This document shows, piece after piece, positions 44,571-52,792 of a stretch of DNA of 54,507 nucleotides. The notes beneath the pieces are model-generated. The model saw only the letters and a list, made by a program, of their open reading frames with translations, had not been told where the DNA came from and did no database searches. The position numbers and the translations under genes were made by a program. Source of the stretch: a virus (Duplodnaviria; Caudoviricetes); IMG/VR virus record IMGVR_UViG_3300020045_002715, positions 1 to 54,507 of that record; one strand, written 5' to 3'. The stretch's first letter is position 1. Every line of letters begins with the position of its first letter.

Positions 44571-44969
44571 TCAATCGTAGAATTTTACGCCCTGCTGTGC
44601 CCCATACGCAACGCAATACTCGATTATGCTGCTCATCCTGGAGATGGTCATAGTGGCCGTAGACTCGCGGAGGTTGACTGGCTCACCCTCAATTCCGATA
44701 ACGAATTGCGGCTCGTTACCTGTAGCTACAGTATGAGCGCTAACCATGAGAACTTTCCACTGTTCAGGCGTCAGGAATTCTTCGTTGTAGCGCAACTGCT
44801 TTGAGAACTCGCCAAAGATCGCATGAAGCTTTGCGGACTGCTCCAGCGAACGTTTGGACGGTCCTAGCGTAAAGCCGTAACCTATCGGGCATGTGCGAAC
44901 TGCATCAACGGCCCGCGCTCGCACTTGTTCGTTTATGATGACGAACGGCCTTTTTGTGCCGTCCGACAT
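44571..44969 (-). CDS. ninB: NinB/Orf family recombination protein
   Basis: KRSLEQSAKLHAIFGEFSKQ..EQWK..ESTATMTISRMSSIIEY..GVKF. Confidence 0.85.
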   Translation of the reverse strand: MSDGTKRPFVIINEQVRARAVDAVRTCPIGYGFTLGPSKRSLEQSAKLHAIFGEFSKQLRYNEEFLTPEQWKVLMVSAHTVATGNEPQFVIGIEGEPVNLRESTATMTISRMSSIIEYCVAYGAQQGVKFYD

Positions 44970-44970
44970 G

Positions 44971-46104
44971 TTAATACTCTATCCTGACGTTAGCCACCTT
45001 GCCTTGCGCAATCAGCATCACGCACTGCTTAGCGCATTCCTCAGTCATGCCGCCAGCAACCAACGATGCCAGTGCTTCGCGGTTGATCTTGGCTTTGTGC
45101 GCTTTGTTGCGCTCGCGGGCCGCTGCTTCATCAGCAATCCGTTTTGCCTCTGCCACTACTCGGTCTTTCTCGTCCTGAACGGCGCGTTGCTTGTCGGCTT
45201 CGGCTTTTGCTGCTGCCGCTGCTTGCTGGCGCTTCGCCTCATCAGCTTCAGCAATACGGCGTTGCTCGGCCTGTTGCGCTTGAATCTTTAGTTTCGACTC
45301 GCGCAGTGCTGCCGCCTCCTGCTCGGCTAGTGCGCGGTCACGTTCCTGCTTCAATGCGAGGGCCGCAGCGGCTTCTTTGCGCTCTGCTTCTGCCTTGGCA
45401 TCAGCGATAGCTTTTGCGGCCTTAGCGGCTTCCTGCGTCGCTTTCTCGGAAGCTTCGCGCTGCGCCTGTTCGGCTGCGGCTTTGGCAATTGCTGCATCAC
45501 GGTCTGCTTGTGCGCGCGCCTCTGCCTCTACGCGTAACCGTGCAAGCTCTGCGGCTTCCTCGTCACGCTTGATGAGTTCCGCCAACCGCAACGAAAGACC
45601 TTCAAGCGTATGTGCTTTCTCTTGAGTAGCATCCGCCATAAATTCTTGCCAGTCGGGTCCAATTTCGATTGCGGTCACGCGCTCAATTTCGGCTTTGACT
45701 TCTTCAACCGTATTGCAAGCGGCGCCAGGAAACGCTGCCATACGCGCATTTAGCGCATCGATTCGCTCCTTCTCTCGCGCCGCCATTTCGTCCAAAGGCT
45801 TTTGGTGGACTTCGATCATTGCTTCAATGCGTTCCTCGATAGATTCGGCTTCCGAATCGATGGCGCGGCCAATACGCAACGATTCGGCTTTAGCTTCCTT
45901 GCGGACCCGCTCAAGCGCGCCCTTGCTCTTACGGAGGCTAAAGATATGGCTGCGCGCCTCCTTTTCGCCTTTCTTGGATGCATAGTCAAAAACTACAGCC
46001 GCATTGTCTTTTTCAAGCTGCACAAGCTCCGTGTAAAACTTCTTGTAGCCGGCCACTTGCGTAGTATCGGCATTCAGCACTACAACTGCGGTTTCTTCGG
46101 TCAT
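44971..46104 (-). CDS. Coiled-coil protein of the recombination module
   Basis: Long Ala/Glu/Lys heptads; HKAKINREAL..IAQGKVANVRIEY C-terminus. Confidence 0.75.
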   Translation of the reverse strand: MTEETAVVVLNADTTQVAGYKKFYTELVQLEKDNAAVVFDYASKKGEKEARSHIFSLRKSKGALERVRKEAKAESLRIGRAIDSEAESIEERIEAMIEVHQKPLDEMAAREKERIDALNARMAAFPGAACNTVEEVKAEIERVTAIEIGPDWQEFMADATQEKAHTLEGLSLRLAELIKRDEEAAELARLRVEAEARAQADRDAAIAKAAAEQAQREASEKATQEAAKAAKAIADAKAEAERKEAAAALALKQERDRALAEQEAAALRESKLKIQAQQAEQRRIAEADEAKRQQAAAAAKAEADKQRAVQDEKDRVVAEAKRIADEAAARERNKAHKAKINREALASLVAGGMTEECAKQCVMLIAQGKVANVRIEY

Positions 46105-46105
46105 T

Positions 46106-46864
46106 TTATGCTTTCAAAATAGTTAAGTTGTTTACTACCATTTTTTCAAATGCCTCTAACTGCAAGGCCATTTTGTCAATGAATTCGTCGTCGCGCATGA
46201 TGCGCTTCACGTACAGGTCTTTGCCGCACTTAGCCAGCATTGGCGCATACATGATGAAGTCAAGCCACTTGCGGCCCGTCAGCCACATGCCGCCTTGGAT
46301 TTGGTGGATGTACTCGCTAACGTCACCAGTGCGCCACATTGCCATGATTTTGACGCTGTCAATCGGGGCCTTAATTTCAATCAGGCCATCGTCATCAACA
46401 AGGCCATCGGAGCTATACGCGAAAACACCGTCATCATCAACGCACAGGCCCGACTCGGTAACGAACGCTTGCGTCCTGGCTTCATAGTGCATGCGCGCCA
46501 AGGCTTCCATTTCGTGGCCGCGCTCAAGCACCCACGCTTTAGCCGGCTCTTGGAACGGGCCTCCGTTGATGCGCTCAAAGGCCAGATCGGCTGCGTAGCG
46601 CTTGGCCGTATCCGAAGGCTCTACAGTCAACTCGCCGCGAAGTGCGCGCTTGACCGTATCCGAGCTAGGAGCGGCCTTGTATCCAGCAAAGCCGATAGCC
46701 TCTTTCTCTGGCATCCCGCCAAGCACAGCATCAACGTACTTCTGCTGGCGCTCATCCAAGCCGCCAACTGTGCTGATGGCATCGGCATAGCAAGAGGCGG
46801 TTATTAGGCCCGATCTGGACTGAAACCAAGCAGGCGAACCCTGTAAGCACTCTATAAACCTCAT
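46106..46864 (-). CDS. YqaJ/lambda-exonuclease family 5'-3' exonuclease
   Basis: QGSPAWFQSRSGLITAS, ERGHEMEALAR, YSSDGLV..LIEIKAP, QIQGGMWLTGRKWLDF. Confidence 0.92.
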   Translation of the reverse strand: MRFIECLQGSPAWFQSRSGLITASCYADAISTVGGLDERQQKYVDAVLGGMPEKEAIGFAGYKAAPSSDTVKRALRGELTVEPSDTAKRYAADLAFERINGGPFQEPAKAWVLERGHEMEALARMHYEARTQAFVTESGLCVDDDGVFAYSSDGLVDDDGLIEIKAPIDSVKIMAMWRTGDVSEYIHQIQGGMWLTGRKWLDFIMYAPMLAKCGKDLYVKRIMRDDEFIDKMALQLEAFEKMVVNNLTILKA

Positions 46865-47670
46865 GGCTGGCCTTTCGTGCGCTGTGCATCCAGTTCTTCA
46901 TCGGTAGGCTTTGCTACTGGTGGCGGTGCCGGGAATTCAGCCTTACGCGTGGATACAGCCGCTTTGAATTCTTTGTATGCCCGCTGATCGCCAACGGCTT
47001 GGATTGCACCAACGCCGGATGCCCACACAAGCTCCAAGTCTTTCAAAGTTGGCGCGGCTTGAGCTTTGGCAATCCAGTTATCCGCCAAAGTGGTATCAAG
47101 CTCCGCAGCATGTCCATCATCATCGGACTGATCTTTAGTCGCCACGCCAGTAGCCGCGAGGAGCGTGTACCGCTGCAAATACGTGATGGTAGAGGCAATC
47201 TGCTGAATCTGGTTCTTCTTGCCGCTGTCGTCCTTCTGTGCGGTCATAGGCGTGCTTTCGCTATGCCCCTGCTTGTGGGTCAGTACGCACGTTACGGTGA
47301 TGTTTGCACCGCTCTGGTCAATAGTCCAGCGGTGGCTAAAGCCATGGGCTGCAAGGCCCGCTACGATGGCCTCTGTGACGTTACCGATGGTTGCATGCAT
47401 GTAGCTAGTGCCAGAGAACGCGACCAGCTTATCTTTGACGATTTCAGGCGGATTCTTTTTGAACTCGGCCATATCAGCAACAAATGCCTTGCGTGCTTCG
47501 TCGGCATCAAACTCGCGCTTGAGCATCATAAACTCGCGCACTTCGGCAATCGTGGCGCCGTTTTGCATTGCATACACAAGCAAATCTGCCGGCGTGGTGC
47601 CATAGCTCTTTTGCTGTACTAAAGGCAAAGCTTCGCCCTGCTGGTCTACCAGTTGCATTTCGTTTGACAT
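46861..47670 (-). CDS. ERF family single-strand annealing recombinase
   Basis: YMHATIGNV, VTCVLTHKQGHSES, QQIASTITYLQRYTLLAATGVAT..DDDG. Confidence 0.88.
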   Translation of the reverse strand: MSNEMQLVDQQGEALPLVQQKSYGTTPADLLVYAMQNGATIAEVREFMMLKREFDADEARKAFVADMAEFKKNPPEIVKDKLVAFSGTSYMHATIGNVTEAIVAGLAAHGFSHRWTIDQSGANITVTCVLTHKQGHSESTPMTAQKDDSGKKNQIQQIASTITYLQRYTLLAATGVATKDQSDDDGHAAELDTTLADNWIAKAQAAPTLKDLELVWASGVGAIQAVGDQRAYKEFKAAVSTRKAEFPAPPPVAKPTDEELDAQRTKGQP

Positions 47671-47831
47671 GTGAACTCCGTTTGTAGGTGTGAGGCCGGA
47701 CTTTCACCGGGAGTCTTTTTAAGCAAGATTGCTGTATGCGCCAAGACCTGGCAGCATCGGAGTTCTAACCAAATCTCCCTTGGGCGTGTGAGCCGTTCAC
47801 GCTGGCTTTGTGGCTTGGGTCTACTTCACTT

Positions 47832-47968
47832 CCACCACATATAGTCGGGCTGGGATTGATTCCAGCTTGGCATGATGAGAGCAAATCACCTAGGATTGCC
47901 GCAATCTCTCTGCCATCTATTAGCGGCGCTTATGCACGTCCTTCCGTGCTGCCGACTATATGTGGTGG
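47832..47968 (-). ncRNA. Cloverleaf-like structured RNA in the leader of the recombination operon
   Basis: Perfect 17-bp closing stem CCACCACATATAGTCGG/CCGACTATATGTGGTGG enclosing GCACG-GAAGGA-CGTGC and a GCTGG..CCAGC T-arm-like hairpin. Confidence 0.6.
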
Positions 47969-48021
47969 CTAGATAACGCCCTAGCCGGCGATACGCAGAA
48001 TTACTCCCTTGTCTGCGTAGC

Positions 48022-48198
48022 TTATTTTGCTGCCTTGTCCATTGCATCGATAATCAGCCATACCAAGAAAGGGCCGATGACAAACAGCACCATCAGCATA
48101 GCAACAGTATCGGCAACACGCGAGTCTTTTTGCTGGCGAGCCTTCATTTCAGCCCAGCTTTCGTTGTTTTTCTGCGATTCTTCAAACAGGTTTAGCAT
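48022..48198 (-). CDS. Small membrane protein
   Basis: AAGGAG RBS; C-terminal TM helix. Confidence 0.55.
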   Translation of the reverse strand: MLNLFEESQKNNESWAEMKARQQKDSRVADTVAMLMVLFVIGPFLVWLIIDAMDKAAK

Positions 48199-48394
48199 GT
48201 TGTTCTCCTTTAAATTCGATAGGAAGATCGCATTCTTCCATAAATTGCGCCATGTTTGCTTTTTGATGCTCCGCCCAAGCGTTGGCATATGCTTGCATCA
48301 ACTTAGGATCGTTTGGCATTGCCTTCAATCTTTTCAGCGCCACTTTTGCCTCTAACCTTGTGCGCCAAAATTCATCATACGTACTCATATCCAT
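48182..48394 (-). CDS. Hypothetical protein
   Basis: Operon ORF. Confidence 0.5.
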   Translation of the reverse strand: MDMSTYDEFWRTRLEAKVALKRLKAMPNDPKLMQAYANAWAEHQKANMAQFMEECDLPIEFKGEQHAKPV

Positions 48395-48693
48395 TCCCCT
48401 TTGCGATTTTCGATCATTGGTACGTTGTCATCCTCTTGCGCCTTAATCTGCCGCGCCAGCTCTGCTTTGTTGCAATACTCGCTGATGTCGCAGCCCATGC
48501 CCATGTACTGCGAGAAGAATCCGCCCTCGCTCTGGAACATGATGCCCTGATCCGCATACACCTTGCTGACCTTCTGGCCGTCCATGAGGCACGTTACCCA
48601 TACTGGCGCCGTCTGCGTCATTGGTATGTTGATCCCGTCATTGATGCTAACGGTGATCTTCATGCCGCTTACTTCGTGTGCTTTGCCGAACAT
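48385..48693 (-). CDS. Hypothetical protein
   Basis: AGGAGG RBS. Confidence 0.55.
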   Translation of the reverse strand: MFGKAHEVSGMKITVSINDGINIPMTQTAPVWVTCLMDGQKVSKVYADQGIMFQSEGGFFSQYMGMGCDISEYCNKAELARQIKAQEDDNVPMIENRKGEWI

Positions 48694-48715
48694 GTTTCCT
48701 CCTGCCAATCATATT

Positions 48716-48946
48716 TTAATAGCGACAGACTGCATCATAGGCTGCTTGCAGGCCGCACCCAGCCGCTACGCGGTAGCGCTTAATCGCTGCAACTTTGTCA
48801 CCTGTTTTAGCTTGAACTCGGCAAGACTCAAGGACATCTACAATCTCCCCTTCCAGTAAATTGAAAAAGCTACGCCCACGATGCATGTTGGTCTCTGACA
48901 AAAAACCATCCTCAATGATGGCCTTTAAAATTTGTTCTGCGTTCAT
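48716..48946 (-). CDS. Small protein with a ribosomal L7/L12 C-terminal-like motif
   Basis: GDKVAAIKRYRVAAGCGLQAAYDAV; first gene of the leftward operon. Confidence 0.6.
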   Translation of the reverse strand: MNAEQILKAIIEDGFLSETNMHRGRSFFNLLEGEIVDVLESCRVQAKTGDKVAAIKRYRVAAGCGLQAAYDAVCRY

Positions 48947-48967
48947 GTTTCCCCCTGTTGATGTATC

Positions 48968-49051
48968 CATTCTGCACGATATCCGAGCCTGTTGCAATAG
49001 TGCGCTCAAATAATTTATTCGCTTGCGTGCGGATACGCAACAGGCTAGAAT
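48968..49051. promoter_or_regulatory. Divergent promoter pair (early switch region)
   Basis: Leftward TTGCAA-17-CAGAAT; rightward TTGCGT-17-TAGAAT; both spacers contain CGGATA. Confidence 0.65.
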
Positions 49052-49069
49052 GGACCTGCATTCACACAC

Positions 49070-49324
49070 ATGGAGAAAAGTATGGCGACTACTAAGAAGG
49101 ACTACCCGAACGACAAATCAGGCGGCTTGTTTAGCTTCCTGATGGCGAAGTACAAGCTGACCACCTACAGCGCGTTAAGCGAGAAAATCGACGTGCTGCC
49201 GCATACCCTTAGCCGCGTGCTGAACGGCAAGCAAGAGGTTACGCAGGAGGCGCGCTACCGCATCAGCAAGAGGACCGGGCTTTCGGTGAAGAAGATTGAT
49301 GCGCTGATCGAGGAGGAAAAATGA
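49070..49324 (+). CDS. Cro/XRE-like HTH regulator
   Basis: TYSALSEKIDVLPHTLSRVLNGK; first gene after the rightward promoter. Confidence 0.75.
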   Translation: MEKSMATTKKDYPNDKSGGLFSFLMAKYKLTTYSALSEKIDVLPHTLSRVLNGKQEVTQEARYRISKRTGLSVKKIDALIEEEK

Positions 49325-49632
49325 GCAAGCATACGCCGGGACCATGGAGCGCAATAAATAATGACCGTGAAAATGACGAATGCGAATATTGGATTATAGA
49401 TTCAGAATATGGCGCCGTGATTGGCGAGGAGGGTATTTGGCTAGAGCCTAGCAAAGGTTCCAATAAATACAACGCCAGCCTGATCGCCGCCGCTCCTGAT
49501 CTTCTTGAAGAACTGCAAAAAGCACGAGTAATTTTAAAGCATTCACTCACGCTGAAAGACAGCATTCTTGCGCGAGAAGCATTGCCGCGAATTGATGCTG
49601 CCATCGCCAAAGCACTCGTGGAGGCCAAATAA
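49321..49632 (+). CDS. Conserved phage protein (HTPGPW family)
   Basis: MSKHTPGPW..NASLIAAAPDLLEEL..AAIAKA. Confidence 0.8.
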   Translation: MSKHTPGPWSAINNDRENDECEYWIIDSEYGAVIGEEGIWLEPSKGSNKYNASLIAAAPDLLEELQKARVILKHSLTLKDSILAREALPRIDAAIAKALVEAK

Positions 49633-49817
49633 TGCGCGTTGAATGGAATCGCACCGCCTCATACCGTGACGCTACCGCAGCGCGCACGCCATCACCAGCG
49701 CAAACGTTTCTCTGCTGCCGCTGCCATATCGGACGCGCAATCGTCGGGCGCAGAAAAGTCGGCCAAGACGGAAACCGGATTCAGTGGGCATGTGCTACTT
49801 GCGCGGAGAAGGAATGA
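49632..49817 (+). CDS. Small zinc-ribbon protein
   Basis: CCRC..WACATC. Confidence 0.6.
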   Translation: MRVEWNRTASYRDATAARTPSPAQTFLCCRCHIGRAIVGRRKVGQDGNRIQWACATCAEKE

Positions 49818-50545
49818 AACCAGCTTATTATAATGAAATCAATAAGCATGCCGCACAATGGCTTGAAAACCTTATAAGACAAGGACATATAGCTCATGGA
49901 GTAGTAGATACAAGGAGCATAGAAGATGTTAAACCAAACGATTTGCGCGGATTTGCTCAATGCCACTTCTTTGCGGGACTTGGAGGATGGAGTCTTGCGC
50001 TTCGCCGTGCCGGATGGGCAGATGATAGACCTATTTGGACCGGTTCCGCTCCCTGCCAACCTTTCAGCGCGGCAGGCAAAGGACTTGGGGTTGCTGATGA
50101 GCGGCACTTATGGCCTTGCTTCGGGCATCTCATCAGAGAGTGCAAGCCTACAACAATCACTGGCGAGCAAGTTGCAAGTAAAGACGGTAGGGGCTGGCTC
50201 TCCGTTGTTCGCTCTAATTTGGAAGCAATGGGATATGCAGTCGGGGCCGCCGATTTGTGCGCTGCGGGCGTCGGCGCTTTGCACATCAGGCAGCGCCTCT
50301 ACTGGGTTGCCAACTCCAAGCGGAACAAGCAATCACGGGAAAAATCATGTAGCAGGGAGATTGGACGAGTGGGGCGGATCAAGCAATCCGTTCCGTGGGA
50401 AGGAAATTGGGAAAGTACACTCGCCAGGTTTCGAGCTATGGGTGATGGGATACCCCGATGTGTGGCGGGAACTGATGCCGCCCGCAATGCAATTGTCCCG
50501 CAAGTTGCGCAAACCTTTATAGAATCATTTATGGAATGTATCTGA
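49814..50545 (+). CDS. DNA cytosine-C5 methyltransferase, large (alpha) polypeptide
   Basis: HFFAGLGGW (I), WTGSAPCQPFS (IV), GEQV (VI), HIRQRLYW (VIII), NAIVPQVA (X); no motif IX. Confidence 0.88.
   Translation: MKPAYYNEINKHAAQWLENLIRQGHIAHGVVDTRSIEDVKPNDLRGFAQCHFFAGLGGWSLALRRAGWADDRPIWTGSAPCQPFSAAGKGLGVADERHLWPCFGHLIRECKPTTITGEQVASKDGRGWLSVVRSNLEAMGYAVGAADLCAAGVGALHIRQRLYWVANSKRNKQSREKSCSREIGRVGRIKQSVPWEGNWESTLARFRAMGDGIPRCVAGTDAARNAIVPQVAQTFIESFMECI
49926..50522 (+). CDS. C5 methyltransferase small (beta) polypeptide in an overlapping frame
   Basis: AGGAG RBS; 198-codon open frame fully inside the MTase; HSPGFELWVMGYPDVW resembles motif IX. Confidence 0.7.
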   Translation: MLNQTICADLLNATSLRDLEDGVLRFAVPDGQMIDLFGPVPLPANLSARQAKDLGLLMSGTYGLASGISSESASLQQSLASKLQVKTVGAGSPLFALIWKQWDMQSGPPICALRASALCTSGSASTGLPTPSGTSNHGKNHVAGRLDEWGGSSNPFRGKEIGKVHSPGFELWVMGYPDVWRELMPPAMQLSRKLRKPL

Positions 50546-51186
50546 TGGCGCTCAAACAGAAGACGCCACTGACCCGTAAAGCGCCCATGCGAGCATCGGC
50601 TGTAGTGAAGGAGGCAAAGCCGGCGCCAGGTCCGCGCAAGGTTCGGTGCAAGGTTTGCAAATCGCAGTTCCTTCCGTCCGCGCCGTGGATCAAGCATTGT
50701 TCGGAGGATTGCGGCGCAGAGCTTGGTCTGATGCTGGTGGCGAAGCAGAAGGCTAAAGCACAGAGGCAGGAACGCGCAGAGACGAAGGCAAAACTGATAG
50801 AGCTGGAGCCTTTGGAGTATTTCCTAAAGAAGGCTGAGAAGGCCTGTAATGCCTATATCCGAGCGCGAGACGCCGGGAATGGCTGCATATCATGCGGCCG
50901 GCATGATGCCGAACAATGGAACGCGGGGCACTTTATCAGTGTTGGAGCAAACCGTACTTTACGCTTTGAAGAAGACAATATTCACCTGCAATGTGCGAGG
51001 CCATGCAATAAAGATAAGGGAGGGAATAGCATTGAATATCGCAAAGCTCTTGTCAAAAAGATAGGCGTTGATCGTGTCGAATGGCTGGAAGGTTGGCACC
51101 CAACAGTTAAGCGTACACGTGAGCAGGTTGAAGCAATCGAAGCACACTACAAAGAGAAACTTAAACAACTCAAGGAGCATCAATGA
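50545..51186 (+). CDS. ninG: NinG/Rap family recombination endonuclease
   Basis: CKVC..CSEDC; NAYIRARD..CISCG..NAGHF..LRFEEDNIHLQCARPCN. Confidence 0.9.
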   Translation: MALKQKTPLTRKAPMRASAVVKEAKPAPGPRKVRCKVCKSQFLPSAPWIKHCSEDCGAELGLMLVAKQKAKAQRQERAETKAKLIELEPLEYFLKKAEKACNAYIRARDAGNGCISCGRHDAEQWNAGHFISVGANRTLRFEEDNIHLQCARPCNKDKGGNSIEYRKALVKKIGVDRVEWLEGWHPTVKRTREQVEAIEAHYKEKLKQLKEHQ

Positions 51187-51407
51187 GCAAGCCTAAATTA
51201 ACGCCGTGGTTTCCAAGAAATAAGAAGCCTGTAAATGTTGGGGTGTATGAGACTGATGACGATCTAGGCATTCTAACGTACCAGTATTGGAACGGAAGAT
51301 GGTGGGGATTTGGAATGTGTGACGTGGCGGCCGCGAATAAATATAAGAAAGAAAAATCATTATGGCAAAAGATCAAATGGCGCGGCTTTACGGAGAAACA
51401 ATCATGA
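51183..51407 (+). CDS. Hypothetical protein
   Basis: LTPWFP..KPVNVGVYE..YWNG..WRG. Confidence 0.7.
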   Translation: MSKPKLTPWFPRNKKPVNVGVYETDDDLGILTYQYWNGRWWGFGMCDVAAANKYKKEKSLWQKIKWRGFTEKQS

Positions 51408-51592
51408 ATCCAGAAAAACTGAAAGCAGCACTAAAACTTAACGAAATCGAGAACCGCATGAACATACTGAACGAGTGCATTAGCAAAACAGAGGACTCGC
51501 TTATCGCTACGCGCCAGGTGCAAGCGATCACGCGCCAACAGCTTGCTGACGCTCGGGCGGCTTTGGCTGCGCTGCCGGATGGTGCAGCATGA
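51404..51592 (+). CDS. Small coiled-coil protein
   Basis: ATGA overlap. Confidence 0.5.
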   Translation: MNPEKLKAALKLNEIENRMNILNECISKTEDSLIATRQVQAITRQQLADARAALAALPDGAA

Positions 51593-51849
51593 GCGCCCGC
51601 ATCTTTAGCGTCAGCATCACCGTTACTACGCTGGTGCAGGCCAATGACCAAACGCAAGCAGTAAGTGTGGCTAAAGAAGAATTCCGCGAGATAGCTGCCG
51701 ATACTTTGCCACACGATATGATCGTGGTATTGATGGCCGAAATCACCGCCGTGACTGGCCTACCTGACGGCTGGGATGGCCGCTGCCTGCCACACGGAGG
51801 TGACGGCGAAACGCGCCTCGTTGACATCCTGCCGGAGCGTGCGCTATGA
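51589..51849 (+). CDS. Hypothetical protein
   Basis: ATGA overlap; LPDGWDG.CLPHGG. Confidence 0.6.
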   Translation: MSARIFSVSITVTTLVQANDQTQAVSVAKEEFREIAADTLPHDMIVVLMAEITAVTGLPDGWDGRCLPHGGDGETRLVDILPERAL

Positions 51850-52280
51850 GCGCGCACACGACAGGCCGGCTGAACTACGCCTACGATGGGAAAAACGTTG
51901 CCGCTGGCGGCGTACGCTATTGTAGCCTTAAGGCCTACACCGTACTAGGCGAATACACTGTGATCGCGAAGAACGTGCTGTCGCATGATGCCCGCCGCCT
52001 GGCCGCGTGCTGGAATGCGTGCGAGGGCATGGCTACCGAAGTGATCGAGGCCATGCCAGCGCCGTTTTCGCGCCTTTTCAGCGACGAGTTTGCTGACTTC
52101 ATTGGCAAGGCAGGCCAGATGCAAGCCGACCTACGCGCCATCGAGGCGAACTACGAGGCGGCTCTCGCGCTTCTGGCGGAGGTGTACGAGGAAGGAAATC
52201 TCGACATCGGCGATCAGGTCAGCAAGGAACTCGATAATCGTATCCACTCTTTCCTGAAGATGAAAGGGCGTGCAGCATGA
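51846..52280 (+). CDS. Hypothetical phage protein
   Basis: DARRLAACWNACEG motif. Confidence 0.7.
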   Translation: MSAHTTGRLNYAYDGKNVAAGGVRYCSLKAYTVLGEYTVIAKNVLSHDARRLAACWNACEGMATEVIEAMPAPFSRLFSDEFADFIGKAGQMQADLRAIEANYEAALALLAEVYEEGNLDIGDQVSKELDNRIHSFLKMKGRAA

Positions 52281-52377
52281 CTAGCCACCCATCCCAATAC
52301 GCCGAGCATCTGAGCTACGAGCTGTCGCTGGCTATCTACCGGCTGATCTTGTCCCGCTGCGGCGTGCGAGTTCGGCG

Positions 52378-52677
52378 ATGAAAGGGCTAAAGCCGCTTGC
52401 TGATCTAATCGGTAGCGCCGAGCCGCTAGACCCCAGCACAATGCAGTTCCGCGCCAAGACTGCATTGGTTTGGGTATCAAAGCGCGAGGCGCTAGAATCT
52501 GAGCGCGCTTGTTCTGGATGCTGCTTCAAGGGCCAGCGCGCCAAGGTCTGCGTCCAAGCCAGCATGCTTGCCAGGCTAGCCAACCAACCAGATTGCGAGG
52601 AAAGGGACACGGCAACAGATATGACGTTCATCTACGTGCCAATCCCCATAGACCCGCGACAGCTAACCATAGCATGA
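52378..52677 (+). CDS. Hypothetical Cys-containing protein
   Basis: CSGCCF..C. Confidence 0.55.
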   Translation: MKGLKPLADLIGSAEPLDPSTMQFRAKTALVWVSKREALESERACSGCCFKGQRAKVCVQASMLARLANQPDCEERDTATDMTFIYVPIPIDPRQLTIA

Positions 52678-52678
52678 C

Positions 52679-52705
52679 AAAAGCCTCCCAAGTGGAGGTT
52701 TTTTT
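52679..52705 (+). terminator. Intrinsic terminator
   Basis: AAAAGCCTCC..GGAGGTTTTTTT. Confidence 0.8.
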
Positions 52706-52726
52706 ACGACAGTGCGTAATTAGTTC

Positions 52727-52755
52727 TTGCGCGCGGATAATTTCAGGCGTATATT
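52727..52755 (+). promoter_or_regulatory. Promoter with GCGGATAA motif
   Basis: TTGCGC-17 bp-TATATT. Confidence 0.65.
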
Positions 52756-52792
52756 ATTACCTGTTGCAGCGCAAACCGAACCGGAGAAAATA

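Noticed and set aside
44971-46104. TolA-like envelope protein
   Set aside because: The resemblance is only low-complexity Ala/Glu/Lys coiled coil; there is no TM anchor and it sits in the recombination operon.
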